Source: Macrostomum hystrix
Lineage: Eukaryota > Animalia > Platyhelminthes
Direction of reading: 5' to 3'
DNA: 64,000 nucleotides
Assembly: GCA_950097015.1 (NCBI GenBank)
Contig: CATNEN010000025.1
Coordinates: 3,720,001 to 3,784,000 of the forward strand
Shown here in pieces: positions 1 through 13,159 of this stretch (position 1 is the stretch's first letter; each line of letters starts with the position of its first letter). The position numbers and the translations under genes were made by a program. Under the pieces are notes generated by a model. It made no database searches. It had not been told where the DNA came from and worked only from the letters and a program-made list of their open reading frames with translations.

Positions 1-385
1 AGAGAATCGAAGCAAGACACGCAGATGGAATCGAAGCAAGAGCATTAGCTAGAATCGAAGCAAGACACGCAGATGGAATCGAAGCAAAAGCATTAGCTAG
101 AATCGAAGCAAGCAGAGAATCGAAGCAAGACACGAAGATGGAATCGGAGCAAGCAGAGAATCGAAGCAAGACACGCAGATGGAATCGAAGCAAGAGCATT
201 AGCTAGAATCGAAGCAAGACACGCAGATGGAATCGAAGCAAAAGCATTAGCTAGAATCGAAGCAAGCAGAGAATCGAAGCAAGACACGAAGATGGAATCG
301 GAGCAAGCAGAGAATCGAAGCAAGACACGCAGATGGAATCGAAGCAACCTGCGAATCAAAGCAAGCAGAGAATCGAAGCAAGATC
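1..385. repeat. Composite minisatellite, core GAATCGAAGCAAG with variable linkers
   Basis: The core recurs many times, and blocks of about 154 bp are repeated. Confidence 0.9.
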
Positions 386-1268
386 CGTAGCTAGAATCCA
401 AGCCGTTCAGCAAGCTTAGCGAGAATAGCCAAGCTGCACTTTACACTAGCCAACCTTCTCACCCATGAACTTTTTCCCTCCCAAACGCAGGCAAGAGAAA
501 ATGTTCTGCCCACTCACTTGCCAATTCGTGCTCAGCTACACCTTGGCGCGCTTTTCCCAGTTCGGGTGCTGGTTGGTGTATTTGTATTTGTTCAGGCCGG
601 CAGAACTAATCCTATAAATATAATAGGATTATACTGGGATTGGATTGCAACAGCCGGTCTATCGGACCTTCAATATCGGCATAAGTGCATCAATGTGTCA
701 AATAAAATACCCGTAGACTTTACAATTACTGACTATGGCAACAATTTGAGTCCACGTGCTCAACTGTAAAATTGCCACATGTTCCACCACCCCGCGGCCA
801 TTCGCTGAGCTTTCTTCGAGTCCGTTTTGCTTTTAGAAGAGGCAGAGAGGGGGCGTGTTTTTGGCTACGCTCAAATTCTATAGAACTGGCTCTATCGGTG
901 TGGTGCCTTTGGCTCGTTTTTGTTCTCTCTCTCTTCTACTAGGCAATTACTTGCAAAGCGGAGGGTGAGAAGGGGGAGAGGTGGGCCAGGGGTTCTCACA
1001 GACGACTCGCACAGCGGCACACAATCTGCAGCCAAGATTTCTCTCTCGTCTCTCCGGGCTAAAAAAAGTGGTGATTTAAAGCACTGGCCGCACACTGCCG
1101 GCGACACAAACCCTTCGGACATTCGGCTAGTTCTAAGAGCCTCACCGTCTCATTGCTCTTTCCGCACCAATTGAGTTTGGTGTCTTTAAACGAATCAAGT
1201 GTTTGATAGCAGCGGGTTTCAACATTAACCAAACACACTCTGAGCGATCCAAGGTTTTTTTCTGAGCA

Positions 1269-4200
1269 ATGGCGACTGGTGAAGTTGGCGACAAAGTTCT
1301 CAGTTCGCCCTCGCCGTCACCGTCGCCGTCGCCGCCACCGGGCCTGTCGGCGAGCCTCGCCCAGCGAGCCGAATCTCTATTCAGCCTGCTGGACACCGGC
1401 GGCTGCGGCTACCTCAGCCAGGCGGATCTGGCCCGCTGCTGCGGCGACGAAATCAACGTTGCCGACGTGTTCGCCCAACTGGACACGGACGGGGACGGAA
1501 GGATTGACGCTGCTGACTTCCAGTCGGCGATTGGACTACTCCTGACTGCGGGAGCGGCGACTTCGACGGAAACTGGCGAAGAGCAGCGCGAGTTAGAGGC
1601 ACAGCTGTGCTCAAAGTCCTTCTCGCAGGAGGACGGCTTGAACGCCGAGCCGCCGACTTCGCCGTCGCTTTTCGACGTCGATGACGAAGGCGTCGGCCAG
1701 CTGACCTGCCGAGACCAGGTTAGCGAGCTCCACCGACAGCTTGGCCGGCAGTGTCCGCAGCTGCTTGACACCTTCGAGCAGGTGATGGCCAGCGTGGCAA
1801 AGGATGTCACCGTGCAGGCGCGGGAGCGGCGCCAGCTGGAGGCGAGCTACCAGCGCGCCAGGGCTGAGAACGAGCGCCACGTGCGCCAAATGGAGGAGGA
1901 GGCCGAGGCGCAGATGGCCCGGATGGAGCTGCTGGCGCGGGAGCGAGAGCGGCGCCGCCTGGAAGAAGAATATCAGGAGCTGCTGCGCACGAAGGAGAGG
2001 GAGGTCGGCCAGCTGCGACAGATGATGGAGCTCATGCAGGCGGAGACAGCCAAGAGCCGCGGTGCCGAGCAGGACATTCGTAGGAAGCGACAGCAGCGGC
2101 ATCGACGCAGGAAGCCGGATGGCGGCCTGGCCGATGACGACGTCGAGGCCGACGCTGGCGGGGACATCGATGCTGAAGGCCAGGCCGATGCTATTCAGAC
2201 AGGCGGAGCCAGTCGACTCATGGCGGACATGCGGCAGCTGGAGACGGCGCTGGCGCTCAGCAGCAGCGAAGTCGCTCGACTGCGGCAGGACCGGGACGAC
2301 GGCGAGCGCGAGCTGCAGCTGGAGCGGAGCCGCCTCCGTGAGCACCAGCGCGAGCAGGAGCGGCTGACAAGACAGCTGCAGCTGCTGCACGACGCCAACC
2401 GCAGCCTGAATGACACCAACGACAGTCTGCGAGCGGCGCTAGAACGACAACGCAGCGTGGCTAGCAGCATCGCTTCCGTTTCGGCGTCCACCTCGGCGGC
2501 CGCCTTGTCGGTGCTTGACCTTAGCCAGCCGCACGAGGCCGTCTTGCCAGCCTTCGACACCTGCGAGGAGGACGACGACCCAGATTATTTGCTGGATGCT
2601 GCGGCTGCCGCGGAGGCCGACAGTGGAACGTCGACGTTTCGCGACCAGCCGGCTATGGACAGCAGTGGCGGAAGTGGCAGAGCTGCAGCTGCAACCGGAG
2701 CTGGCTTCCGTCTGTCGCACCTGTCAGGTCTCTCTGGCTGGGAGGGCGACTCCGACATCTCAGCCAGTGAGGTCGACTCCCACGAAGCAGATAGCGGGAG
2801 CGCTGAAAAACTGGCTGCAACCGCAAAGCGGCCAAATAGCTTAGCGTTGAACCTTCCGCGTCGCCGTCTAAGACGTCGTCGGTTTGGCGGCGAAGCCTCC
2901 AACGGCGATGACACCGATGAGGGCGGCGACAGCAGCAGCGACGGGGCAGCGATGCAGTCTCCTCACCTGTCATCTGATCCGGACTTTACGTCTGTTGACC
3001 AGATCGATGGCGAGTTGCCTCTCTCGCCGTTGTCGTCGACTCCGCCGACGCCGTCTCCGCTGGGCCCGCCTGAGCGGATGTTCCGCATCGTGATGGCTGG
3101 CGACGCGGCGGTCGGCAAGACCTGCTTTATTACGCGGTTCTGCGAGGGTCGCTTCGACAGCGGCGCAGTTTCGACTCTGGGCGTGGACTTCAAGACTCGC
3201 ACAGTCAAGGTGGATGGCCATGTCATCGCCGTACAGCTCTGGGACACAGCTGGCCAGGTGAGCAGTCTGTGCTATTGATTTCGATTGAATCTATCAAATT
3301 TTAAATTGGAGACACTTAAGTGGGAACTAAATTTAGCGGTGCCACGGGAATCAACTTTTTCGTTCCGCTTCTCAATGGGGGCGATTTCTCAGAGAACAAA
3401 AGTTCGTGTCATTCGCTATGCCCCCTCCCGGGCATTGATCCAACTTCTATTCCCTACTTGACTGACACGGGTGAGAATTCAGTGAGATCTGGCGCCGTAG
3501 AAGTACACTTGCCTACTGCTAGCTAGTGTCGCTGAAACAATGAATTTTACGTAGCTTTAATCCTTTGTTAAATAAAAGCTTGCGCAGCTACCTAGGGTAT
3601 GCAAGGCTTGTCAACAACTACTGATTCTCTTAGTGCTATTTTCACCTGTGTCTTAGTAGCCTGTCCTTAGCAGACCTCTGTGACCCTTCATTATTTCCAT
3701 TTCATCTCTGGCTTACTCTGGTGGTCTCATCTCACTGATATTCGATGCTCACACACACACTGGTCCACACTTGTTTGGCTTGTTGTAACAATGAGCAAGC
3801 CACCTCCCTCTACATTCTTTAGGGTCGACTGAAAAAGTAGCTTTACGAGTGGAATTTCAGCACAAGCTAAAAAACACCACTGCACAGAGATTGCTTAACA
3901 AACTTTAATGTCCTCGCTAAGACGTCTCAGAAGCATTCGTTTACTCGAGTCACGAGTAAACGATGCACCGCGCAATAAATTATCAAGCGCAAACAAGTCA
4001 GATTGCAAAAATAAAGGTCATAAATAAGCAAGACTTCAAAACTCACCAATCATTCAGCCAATCAGATTGTTATTTTTACCCTGCATTTCGTTTGCTTTGA
4101 GGTAGTTTTTTTACGAGGTCATTGGAGTACGATGTAATTGCCACGTCAGGCCTAAGAAAAGTGTGTGGAGTTGGGCCAGATTGACGTCGTATTTTTGAGT

Positions 4201-5493
4201 CATTCCTCATTGCCATGTCCCAAATTATTGTTTGCGACTATATTAATTTATTGCACAGTCTATGATTTATTAGTTGAATGACGCGACTCGAGTAGGAGGT
4301 TGTAGCCTAGTGGTTAGAATGTCGGACTCACGAATTGAAGGTCGGGGGTTCGATTCCCGACTCTACTGGAACAGTTTGTGTCCTTTAGCAAGATACTTAA
4401 CTCTGCATTGCTTCAGTTCACTGTTAAATGGGTAGCAGCATCAGGTGGGGTCATGGAGGGTGGGTTTGGCGTCCATGGACTGAACAGCGCTGCGCAATAT
4501 CTGCGGTTGTGATGTCGGCTGCACATCTGGCCCTATTGTTATCATTAAATTCACAAACAAATCGTATTTCTCGTACTACTTTTCTTCCTCACCCCATTCT
4601 TGCTCTTCTCAAATCTCATCTTTTCATTGAGGCAATATTTATGAAATAAACAACAAACAAAACACAAACAGCAAATCAACAAGCAAATAAAAATCAACAA
4701 CAAACAAACAAACAAAACCAAAAACCATGAAACAAAGTGGCCGGCTAGAAATTCAGAATAAACACTGACAGATCAAATAAACGATAAAGAACCACGCAAA
4801 ATGACCACAAAAAACATTGAAACAACAGCAAAAAAGCAACAAACCAATAAAGCCGCTTCTCGTCATCAGGCAGTGTACACTCTCACGGCAGTGTACACTC
4901 TCACTGCAGTGTACACTCTCACTGCAGTGTACACTCTCACTGCACCTTGGTGATTGGCCTTCATTGACGTAATGACGTAAGAAGATGAATCAAACAAACA
5001 AACAAATCACCCACGAATTCAAATCCAACAGGAGCGCTTCCGCAGCATTGCAAAGTCCTATTTCCGGCGCGCTGACGGAGTTATTTTAGTCTACGACTGC
5101 ACCAGCGACCGGTCATTTGTCAGCGTGCGCGACTGGGTGGAATCCATCAGGGACAGCTGCGTGGCCGCTGACGACGAGTCAGGCGCGGTGCCAATCATGA
5201 TTGTGGCCAACAAGACGGACCTGCGCGAGGCCGCCAGGCAGAGATCCGGTGCCGCACAGCGCGTCATCGAGACCGAGGAGGGCCGACGTCTGGCCGAGCT
5301 CTTTTCAGCCGCGCTATTTGTTGAAGCCAGCGCCCGCAGCGGCGACAATGTCAGCAGCTCCGTGATGAACCTCTGCCGCCTGCTGCAGCAGCGGGAGGAT
5401 CTGGCAGTGAGTAGGGCTGCTGCCGATGCCGCCCTCGAGTTGCACACCGACGAGAAGACGGCGAAAAAGCGTCTTCCGGCCTGCTGCTCCTGA
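1269..5493 (+). CDS. RASEF: RAS and EF-hand domain-containing large Rab GTPase (RASEF/Rab45 family); exons 1269..3257 and 5032..5493
   Basis: N-terminal EF-hand pair (LDTGGCGYLSQADL, LDTDGDGRIDAADF), long coiled coil, then Rab domain GDAAVGKT...GVDF...WDTAGQ|ERFRSIAKSYFRRADG...NKTD...EASA and terminal CC prenylation motif (PACCS*). Phase-0 intron: CAG|GTGAG at 3257 and CAACAG|GAG at 5032. Confidence 0.92.
4296..4540 (+). mobile_element. tRNA-derived SINE with CORE-like central domain (RASEF intron)
   Basis: A-box TAGCCTAGTGG, B-box GGTTCGATTCC, then GTGTCCTTTAGCAAGATACTTAACTCTGCATTGCTTCAGTT..TGTTAAATGGG. Homologous to the copies at 14.5 and 44.6 kb. Confidence 0.82.
4870..4941. repeat. 18-bp tandem repeat x4 (GCAGTGTACACTCTCACT)
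   Basis: Four near-identical units. Confidence 0.9.
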
Positions 5494-5755
5494 TCCCTGA
5501 TCCCAGATCCCAGATCCCTGATCATAGATCCCCGATCATAGATCCCCGATCATAGATCCCCGATCATAGATCCCCGATCATAGATCCCCAATCATAGATC
5601 CCCGATCATAGATCCCCGATCATAGATCCCCGATCATAGATCCCCGATCATAGATCCCCGATCATAGATCCCCGATCATAGATCCCCGATCATAGATCCC
5701 GGATAATAGATCCGCGATCATAGATCCCCGATCATAGATCCCCAATCCTAGATTA
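5494..5755. repeat. 14-bp minisatellite (ATCATAGATCCCCG) directly after the RASEF stop
   Basis: About 17 units, with a degenerate start TGATCCCTGATCCCAGATCC. Confidence 0.95.
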
Positions 5756-6539
5756 ATTCTTGGTTGCTCGCCAAAGGTATTATTATTGATGCCTGATCAG
5801 ATACTTTATCCCGAACTGCAGCACCTTATCTCTTATCCATCTTATCCCTCATCTGTTAATTGACTCCCACTTTGCCAAGAAGTTCATCAGAGAATTCGTG
5901 ATCCCTTCCGCATTGACTTATGCACGTATTCGGTCATGTATTTCTAAGTCATTATCTCAAATGCAATTCCAGTAACACTACTTACTTGTATTTTTGGTAT
6001 TATCTGCTGTCAATAGTATTAAATTAGAAAATACCTCTAAATTATTTAACTAATTCCCATTACTACAGTAACCGTAGCACACCAATACAAGTCAGTGTCC
6101 ATGCTTCCCTCCTGCCTGAAGGCAATCGATCTCCCTTGAACTGACTTTTTGGGCTGTTATTTTTCCTATCTTTCTCTCGGCAGCAAATTCTTTACAGCTC
6201 TTGTCTGCTTCTGCAACACAATTGCTTCTCTAAGTCACGGTTGCTTGGAGAAAACTGCTCGCATCTTCCAGTTTTAGAAACTTCTGTAAAACACTGGTAG
6301 CTCATACTAATGCTTTCTCGCATTGTATTTTTAATACAGGCCGCCCTTGCGTATTGCCCTCTCCGCTTTTCCAATCATCTGATTCTCCCTTTTTACTCTC
6401 TTGCCCTCTAACCTTGTCTCTATCCCCATTTTTCCCCTTCTCTCTTACACTTTGTGTCTCCTCTCCTCTCCATCTCTCTTACCTTTTCTCCCTTTCTCTA
6501 TTCCCTCTTCTGCCTCTCTCATCCCTTTTCTCCCTCTTC

Positions 6540-7400
6540 CTCATCCCTTTTCTCTCTCTCTCTCATCCCTTTTCTCCCTCTCTCTCACCCCTTTTCACCC
6601 TCTCTCTCTCATCCCTTTTCTCCCTCTCTCTCTCATCCCTTTTCTCCCTCTCTCTCTCATCCCTTTTCTCCCTCTCTCTCACCCCTTTTCTCCCTCTCTC
6701 TCATCCCTTTTCTCCCTCTCTCTCATCCCTTTTCTCCCTCTCTCTCTCATCCCTTTTCTCCCTCTCTCTCACCCCTTTTCTCCCTCTCTCTCATCCCTTT
6801 TCTCCCTCTCTCTCACCCCTTTTCTCCCTCTCTCTCATCCCTTTTCTCCCTCTCTCTCATCCCTTTTCTCCCTCTCTCTCATCCCTTTTCTCCCTCTCTC
6901 TCATCCCTTTTCTCCCTCTCTCTCATCCCTTTTCTCCCTCTCTCTCTCATCCCTTTTCTCCCTCTCTCTCTCATCCCTTTTCTCCCTCTCTCTCACCCCT
7001 TTTCTCCCTCTCTCTCATCCCTTTTCTCCCTCTCTCTCACCCCTTTTCTCCCTCTCTCTCATCCCTTTTCTCCCTCTCTCTCATCCCTTTTCTCCCTCTC
7101 TCTCATCCCTTTTCTCCCTCTCTCTCATCCCTTTTCTCCCTCTCTCTCATCCCTTTTCTCCCTCTCTCTCTCATCCCTTTTCTCCCTCTCTCTCATCCCT
7201 TTTCTCCCTCTCTCTCTCATCCCTTTTCTCCCTCTCTCCCATTCCTTTTCTCCCTCTCCCTCATCCCTGTTCTCCCTAGCTCTCTCATCCCTTTTCTCCC
7301 TCTTTTTCTCATCCTTTTTCTCTCTCTCTCTCTAATCTCTTTTCTCCCCCTCTCTCATCCCTTTTCTCCCTCTCTCTGTCTTCCATTTTCTCTGTCTCTC
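6540..7400. repeat. CT-only minisatellite (~20-22 bp, CTCTCATCCCTTTTCTCCCT)
   Basis: Nearly pure pyrimidine strand; it produces spurious S/L/P/F ORFs. Confidence 0.95.
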
Positions 7401-8199
7401 TTGCCATTTCTCCCTCTCTCTTCTCTCCCGCTTTCTTTCCCCTTCTCATCCTCATCTTAGTATTCCCTCCCCCTTTTTGTCACTAACCGGTTTGATCAGG
7501 GCTAATCTTCTACAACGCTATCACTTAAATGCTGAATTTACTTCCTCCGTCAGAGCTAAAATGCCAATCATGATTTTCAAGTGTATCCCTTTGACATTGC
7601 GTATCAGTCAATATATTTTCTATTTCTATGCTAAATTACACTATTATAATCATAATGAATCGTCGGTGAAAGTCCATCTTCTTTCTGTCTCTCTCGACCA
7701 GGTAAAAATTGTCGTCGCAATAAAATTCCTGACTTTCATTCGGTTAAAGTTCATGACTTTCTGTCTCCTCAGGCGAACTCCGATCCTAACTTCCTCATTT
7801 CCGTCATTGTCGCCATTTAATTATTTGTTTTTCTACTGTATTGTCTGCTGAATGAGAAAAAACACCAGCTGCTGTGAGAACACCTGAATTTCCTATGCTT
7901 CCTATGCTACTGTTTCCCTTTGCATTTCGCAACGCGTCTGTGTGCCTTAATTGCTTCGGCAGACGTTGTATTGTGATACGCGTTCAACAGATAGACACTA
8001 GAATATTTTCATATATTGGACACAAATCGACTTATTATTCTGTGCAGATGATGAGCCGCTAAATAAATAGAAATTTTACTTTCTGTACAGAATATTCAAT
8101 CGAAATCCGCTTCAGCGAATCGTTTATTTAGTGGTCTTGACCCATTCAGCTGCCCGAAACGGCTTCCCGATGTCCCATCATCATAACTCCTTAACTTTT

Positions 8200-8950
8200 C
8201 TAATATCCCGAATACCAATATCCCAAATCCTAATATCCCGAATGCCAATATCCCAAATCCTAATATCACAAATACCAATATCCCAAATCCTAATATCCCA
8301 AATACCAACATCCCAAATCCTAATATCCCGAATACCAATATCCCAAATCCTAATATCCCGAATGCCAATATCCCAATTCCTAATATCACAAATACCAATA
8401 TCCCAAATCCTAATATCCCAAATACCAACATCCCAAATCCTAATATCCCGAATACCAATATCCCAAATCCTAATATCCCGAATGCCAATATCCCAAATCC
8501 TAATATCACAAATACCAACATCCCAAATCCTAATATCCCGAATCCCAACATCCTAAATCCTAATATCCCAAATACCTATATCCCAAATACCAATATCCCA
8601 AATACCAATATCCCAAATCCTAATATCCCAAATACCAACATCCCAAATCCTAATATCCCGAATCCCAACATCCTAAATCCTAATATCCCAAATACCTATA
8701 TCCCAAATACCAATATCCCAAATACCAATATCCCAAATCCTAATATCCCAAATACCAATATCCCAAATCCTAATATCCCAAATACCAATATCCCAAATCC
8801 TAATATCCCGAATACCAATATCCCAAATCCTAATATCCCGAATCCCAATATCCTAAATCCCAATATCCCGATTTACAATATCCCAAATACCAATATCCCA
8901 AATACCAATATCCCGATTCTAAATATCTCAAATACCAATATCCTGATTCC
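8200..8950. repeat. 15-bp minisatellite (AATATCCCAAATCCT/ACC) with ~120-bp higher-order period
   Basis: 5-aa periodicity in overlapping ORFs; sequence lines repeat every 120 bp. Confidence 0.93.
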
Positions 8951-10007
8951 TAATAGCTCCATTCCCAGTGTTTCAATTCCCAATCTCATAACGGTCAATA
9001 TCCAGATCCCCTTCTATTGTCTTTCTTCTTCTTAGTTATTTCTGATTTCCGATATCGACCTTTTGCTAGCCATCCCTCATCCCATCTCGTTTATTAAAAC
9101 TCTTTAAATAAGCACCCCATGATCTTAGTTACATTAGTTACATCCATTTAGGGTCATTGTAGATGCATCTTAAATATTATTATAATCTAAAACGCATCTC
9201 ACTTGGTTTTACTTGTTGAAATTTTTTCCGATAATTTTGCCGCACTGATCGACACTGTTGCGCTAATGGGCAATTTATTGAAAAAAGGTACCTACTCGAC
9301 AATGCGGACATTTTCTCCTATTTTGGCAAGAAAAAAAACTTCCAAATGCCTAGGCGGGCATACGAGCCCAAATATTTGCTCTATAGCGTAAGAGCAGGGA
9401 GAGTCGGACATAAGGGCGGCACGTTGAGCAAACCATGAGCATCATATATTCGTCAACTAAGCCCTTGAAGAACCAATAACTGACGCGCAATGGAGCTGCA
9501 TCGAGTGGCTGCGGCGGGGAACTAGAAAGAGAAGAGAGCGGTTCTGAGAACACCCGGAAGTGTGCTCAAACCATGCAGTCTCCCCTCCACTCAGTCAGCT
9601 ACCTCCCCCCGAAAATCCAATCCACTTTTGTCTCAGCCAGGCCTTCAATGCAGGCATTAATATAAGTAAGAGAACGGAGGCGCGAATCGATGAATTTTAG
9701 CGCTATTTTTCCCAACAGATTTTTCCCTAATAAAACTCCAGCGGAAGCATCGCGCATCTTCAACGATCGTCTGGCTGCATTTCCTGTCGCCCTAGAACAG
9801 CTTTTTGTTGGGAAGGCGAAGAGCAACAGGGAGTCAGCCAGCCAGAACCACGGCTGCTTCTGGGGTGAGGAAGAAATTAGTCAAACATCGCCAGGATCAC
9901 GTCCTCCCCTCTTCCCTCCGGCTGACGACTTTTTGTTATAAAAATGCCGGCAACTGCCAGGCGAATTCAGCTCAACTCAGCCGGCGCTGACAGGTCACTG
10001 GGGCGGC

Positions 10008-10039
<32 letters not shown>

Positions 10040-10069
10040 AAGAAGCAAGCTAAACAATCGGGTGGCAAC

Positions 10070-13000
10070 ATGTCGCTAGCGGATTACATTGGAAAGAGGC
10101 GAGAGGCGCAGAAGAAGGTTAGTTCTTGCTCTTCTATGTGTTTTTACCAACGCATACAATGCATGACTATCCAAACTTCACATCTCTGTCTGTTTTTCAT
10201 TTTTCCATTCTCACAACCCATCTTTTACTTCTTAGCAGTAGAAAGAGCGGTATTTCAAACACCCGCACTTTTTTTCTGCACCTCCCAACATATTCCAGCA
10301 ATGGCCATCGAAAAGGGCGGAAAATGTTGATTCAGATGGTGGACTTTCACGAAAATCGGTCATTCGGTTTGGGAGCAATCGTGAAGTGGGGAGTATTTGA
10401 AATTTGGGTATTCGGGTATTGACGTTTCTAACTTTTCGATACATATAGGCCTCCACTCAGCTCTTATTTGGGAATGGCCTTGCATCGGTGCAAACTAGAA
10501 ATTCAAACAGCTCGATTCTTGTCCCAATCTGACTGAGAACTCTCAGCTATTTCGCCTGTTGAGGGCCCACTTAAGCTCCGCAAGCCACCGAGAAGCTATT
10601 CAGAGGGGCCTATTGACTTTGGAGTGCAGCTTCAGGATCTGCAATTGTCTAAAGTTGACGGCTGAAATTGACAGGCTGACAGGCTGTTAAAGTGTGCGAC
10701 ATCGCCTTCTGGGCCCATTGGATATCAGTATGAGAACAAATAAATCCATTATCCAATAGGCCCCTCATTAAAGAGTTAACATGCGATGGCGGGTACGTGG
10801 CTGAGCTGTTAGCGCAGCCGACTCTCGCACCTTGGTACCTGAGCTCTAATCCGCGTATTTTATTTACAAGCTAGAGCAAGAGAAGAGTTAAAATACGCTA
10901 ACTTTTACTGTTTGATTATTACACGCAAATCGGGTTGCATTCTGACAAACTGCCGCCTCCATCGCTTGATTAAAAAACACGCTCAAAGCAACTCAACTCA
11001 AGCCTAAAATCGTTATGGAAACAAGCTGCTCATGTGTAATCAGATAAAATGTAATCCCCAGGACAATTGTTTGCCGCATCTAGACACTAAAAATATTGTC
11101 TAACATGACTCGTTACTTGCTATGACATACAAATGCTTATGTAATTAATCTGTTCGAATTTCATCTAATCATATGGTTAACGTAAGATATAACCAAAGAA
11201 CTAGGGGATGATCTACCCACAGAACTAGGGGATGATCTACCCACAGAACTAGGGGATGATCTAACCACAGAACTAGGGGATGATCTACCCACAGAACTAG
11301 GGGATGATCTAACCACAGAACTTGGGGAAGATATAACCACAGAACTAGATGAAGATCTAACCACAGAACTAGATGAAGATCTAACCACAGAACTATAGAA
11401 GAATATCTAACCACAGAACTAGAGATAAATCTAACCACAGAACTAGAGATAAATCTAACCACAGAACTAGAGATAGATCTAACCATGCAATAAAAATAAG
11501 GGAAGACCAAACCACAGAACTAGAGGAAGATCTAACCAACTGAACCCTGAAGACCAACTGGAACCTTAACCCAGTCAGCCCTCTTAACAACTCTCTTTGG
11601 CAAACCCTCGGCAGGCAGAAGAAAACTTCAAGGCCGCCAATCCCAATGTGAAGAAGATGCGACTCGGTGGAACCTGGCAGGTACCCGAGGGCTACGAAGG
11701 CGCTGGCAGAGCTGCGCCAGCTTCAAGCAAGCCGCAGGATCAGAAGCTGCAGCCGTTGCAGCGACTGCCGACTGCGAAGCACTTGTCAGACGTGTCAACG
11801 GAGGCAAGCTATTCAGCGGCGACTAGTCAGGCTGCCTCAAGGATTACTAGTGGACGGTCGGAGCATCAGCAGCGGCAGCAGCAGCAGCGGCAGCACCAGA
11901 AATCAACGACTAGCGGTGTCACGACCATTGAAGTACAGGAGGAGCAGAAACTGAAACTTTCCGACACGCGAAAATTTGCAGCCGAGGCGGTTGTCGATTC
12001 AACAAAATCTGACGATAAACAGGTGGTTAATGCGCAGAAAAAAACAGAAGAAGTGAAAATTAGCGAGACAAAGACCGCCACCAAGGCCACGCCTGTCAGG
12101 CAGGTGCAGGAGGCGAGTAAAATTAGCAGCAAGAAAGCAACCAGTGAAACAATCGGGAAAAATTCTGAGGAGCGCATTCAATCCGGCAAGACTGCGAAGG
12201 ACAGCGTGATCGTTGCAGCAGCTGCGGTGGTCACTAGGTCTGAGACAACTAAGTCCGCAAAAACCAATTCAACTAAGAAAACTGCTTCAATTGACAAGAC
12301 AAGCTCAGTTGAGAAGACTAACTCAGTTGAGAAGACCAACTCAGTTGAGAGGACCAACTCAGTTGAGAAGACCAACTCAGTTGAGAAGACCAACTCAGTT
12401 GAGAAGACCAACTCAGTTGAGAAGACCAACTCGCTGGAGAAGACAAGTATAACTGAAGAGGTTGAAGCAAAGACTAAAATTACTGCCGTTGCTATGGCGC
12501 GTTCCGCGAAGGAGGAGGCAAACAAGTCATCTGCAGTCGAAAAGCGAGTAACTAATGAGAAACATGTGGATGTCAACTCAGACAGTGGCAAGGCAGTGGC
12601 GGAACAGTCTGAGAAAAGGACAGAGAAAGCAAATAGCAAAGCACACACGACTAGCCGACAAGCAGAGGTCAGAGCCATCACCAGCGGTACAGTGGCAGTG
12701 GCTGCAGCAGTGCTCAGTAGCCAGAAGGAGACGGTTGCGGCTACAGCTGAGAGAAGCGAGAAAAACAAGAGCCAGGCATTGCCGGTCGGCAAGCAGAGCA
12801 GATCAGCTGTACTCGGTGAGAACAAACAACAGTCGCGAGCAGTGAGCGAGAGCGAAGCCAAGAAGCTCGGGCCGCTGATCCAGCTGCTGGACTCCAAAGT
12901 GGATGAGCAGCTCAACAGCCTGTGCGACGGCTCCAATCAGAGCGGCGCAGATCCGCAGTACGAAGCCGCGATGAAGAAGATCTTGGACGGACAGTTTCAG

Positions 13001-13090
13001 AGCGAGGTGGACGCCTTTCTGACCAGCACTGGCTACGACTCGGGTGGCAAATTTTTTGAGTCCTGTAAAAAGCTCGCATCTGAGCTTTGA
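10070..13090 (+). CDS. Hypothetical protein, S/T/K/E-rich disordered body with short helical C-terminus; exons 10070..10117 (possibly from ATG 9944) and 11615..13090
   Basis: 497-codon open frame with no ATG at its start. It joins in phase 0 to upstream MSLADYIGKRREAQKK via AAG|GTTAGT (10117) and GGCAG|GCA (11615). No family recognised. Confidence 0.65.
10315..10400 (+). repeat. Dispersed repeat, copy 1 (copy 2 at 51931..52024)
   Basis: GATGGTGGACTTTCAC..AATCGGTCATTCGGTTTGGGAGC.ATCGTGAAGT occurs at both loci. Confidence 0.7.
10603..10766. repeat. Possible 164-bp MITE bounded by a perfect 13-bp inverted repeat
   Basis: GAGGGGCCTATTG ... CAATAGGCCCCTC; no clear TSD. Confidence 0.35.
11185..11540. 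repeat. 24-bp intronic minisatellite (CCACAGAACTAGGGGATGATCTAC)
   Basis: About 14 diverging units just upstream of the 11615 acceptor. Confidence 0.9.
12296..12440 (+). repeat. Coding 18-bp repeat (VEKTNS x ~8)
   Basis: TCAGTTGAGAAGACCAAC units lie in frame within the 11615..13090 exon. Confidence 0.9.
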
Positions 13091-13159
13091 GACTTTCAGC
13101 GTGCACTTTAATTCTGTAATTCAGAAAGCCTGATTTCACGCTTGATTTTTCTAGCATAA

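Noticed and set aside
1409-3247. Antisense and alternate-frame ORFs over RASEF, the zinc-finger gene and furry exons
   Set aside because: These are shadow ORFs caused by high GC and stop-poor codon usage.
4296-4370. tRNA gene (also 14775-14850 and 44855-44930)
   Set aside because: Acceptor and anticodon stems pair poorly, and each is followed by the same core and tail, so these are SINE heads.
6354-8556. Long S/L/P/F and ILGFG ORFs
   Set aside because: They are periodic translations of minisatellites, open in several frames because the unit lacks stops.
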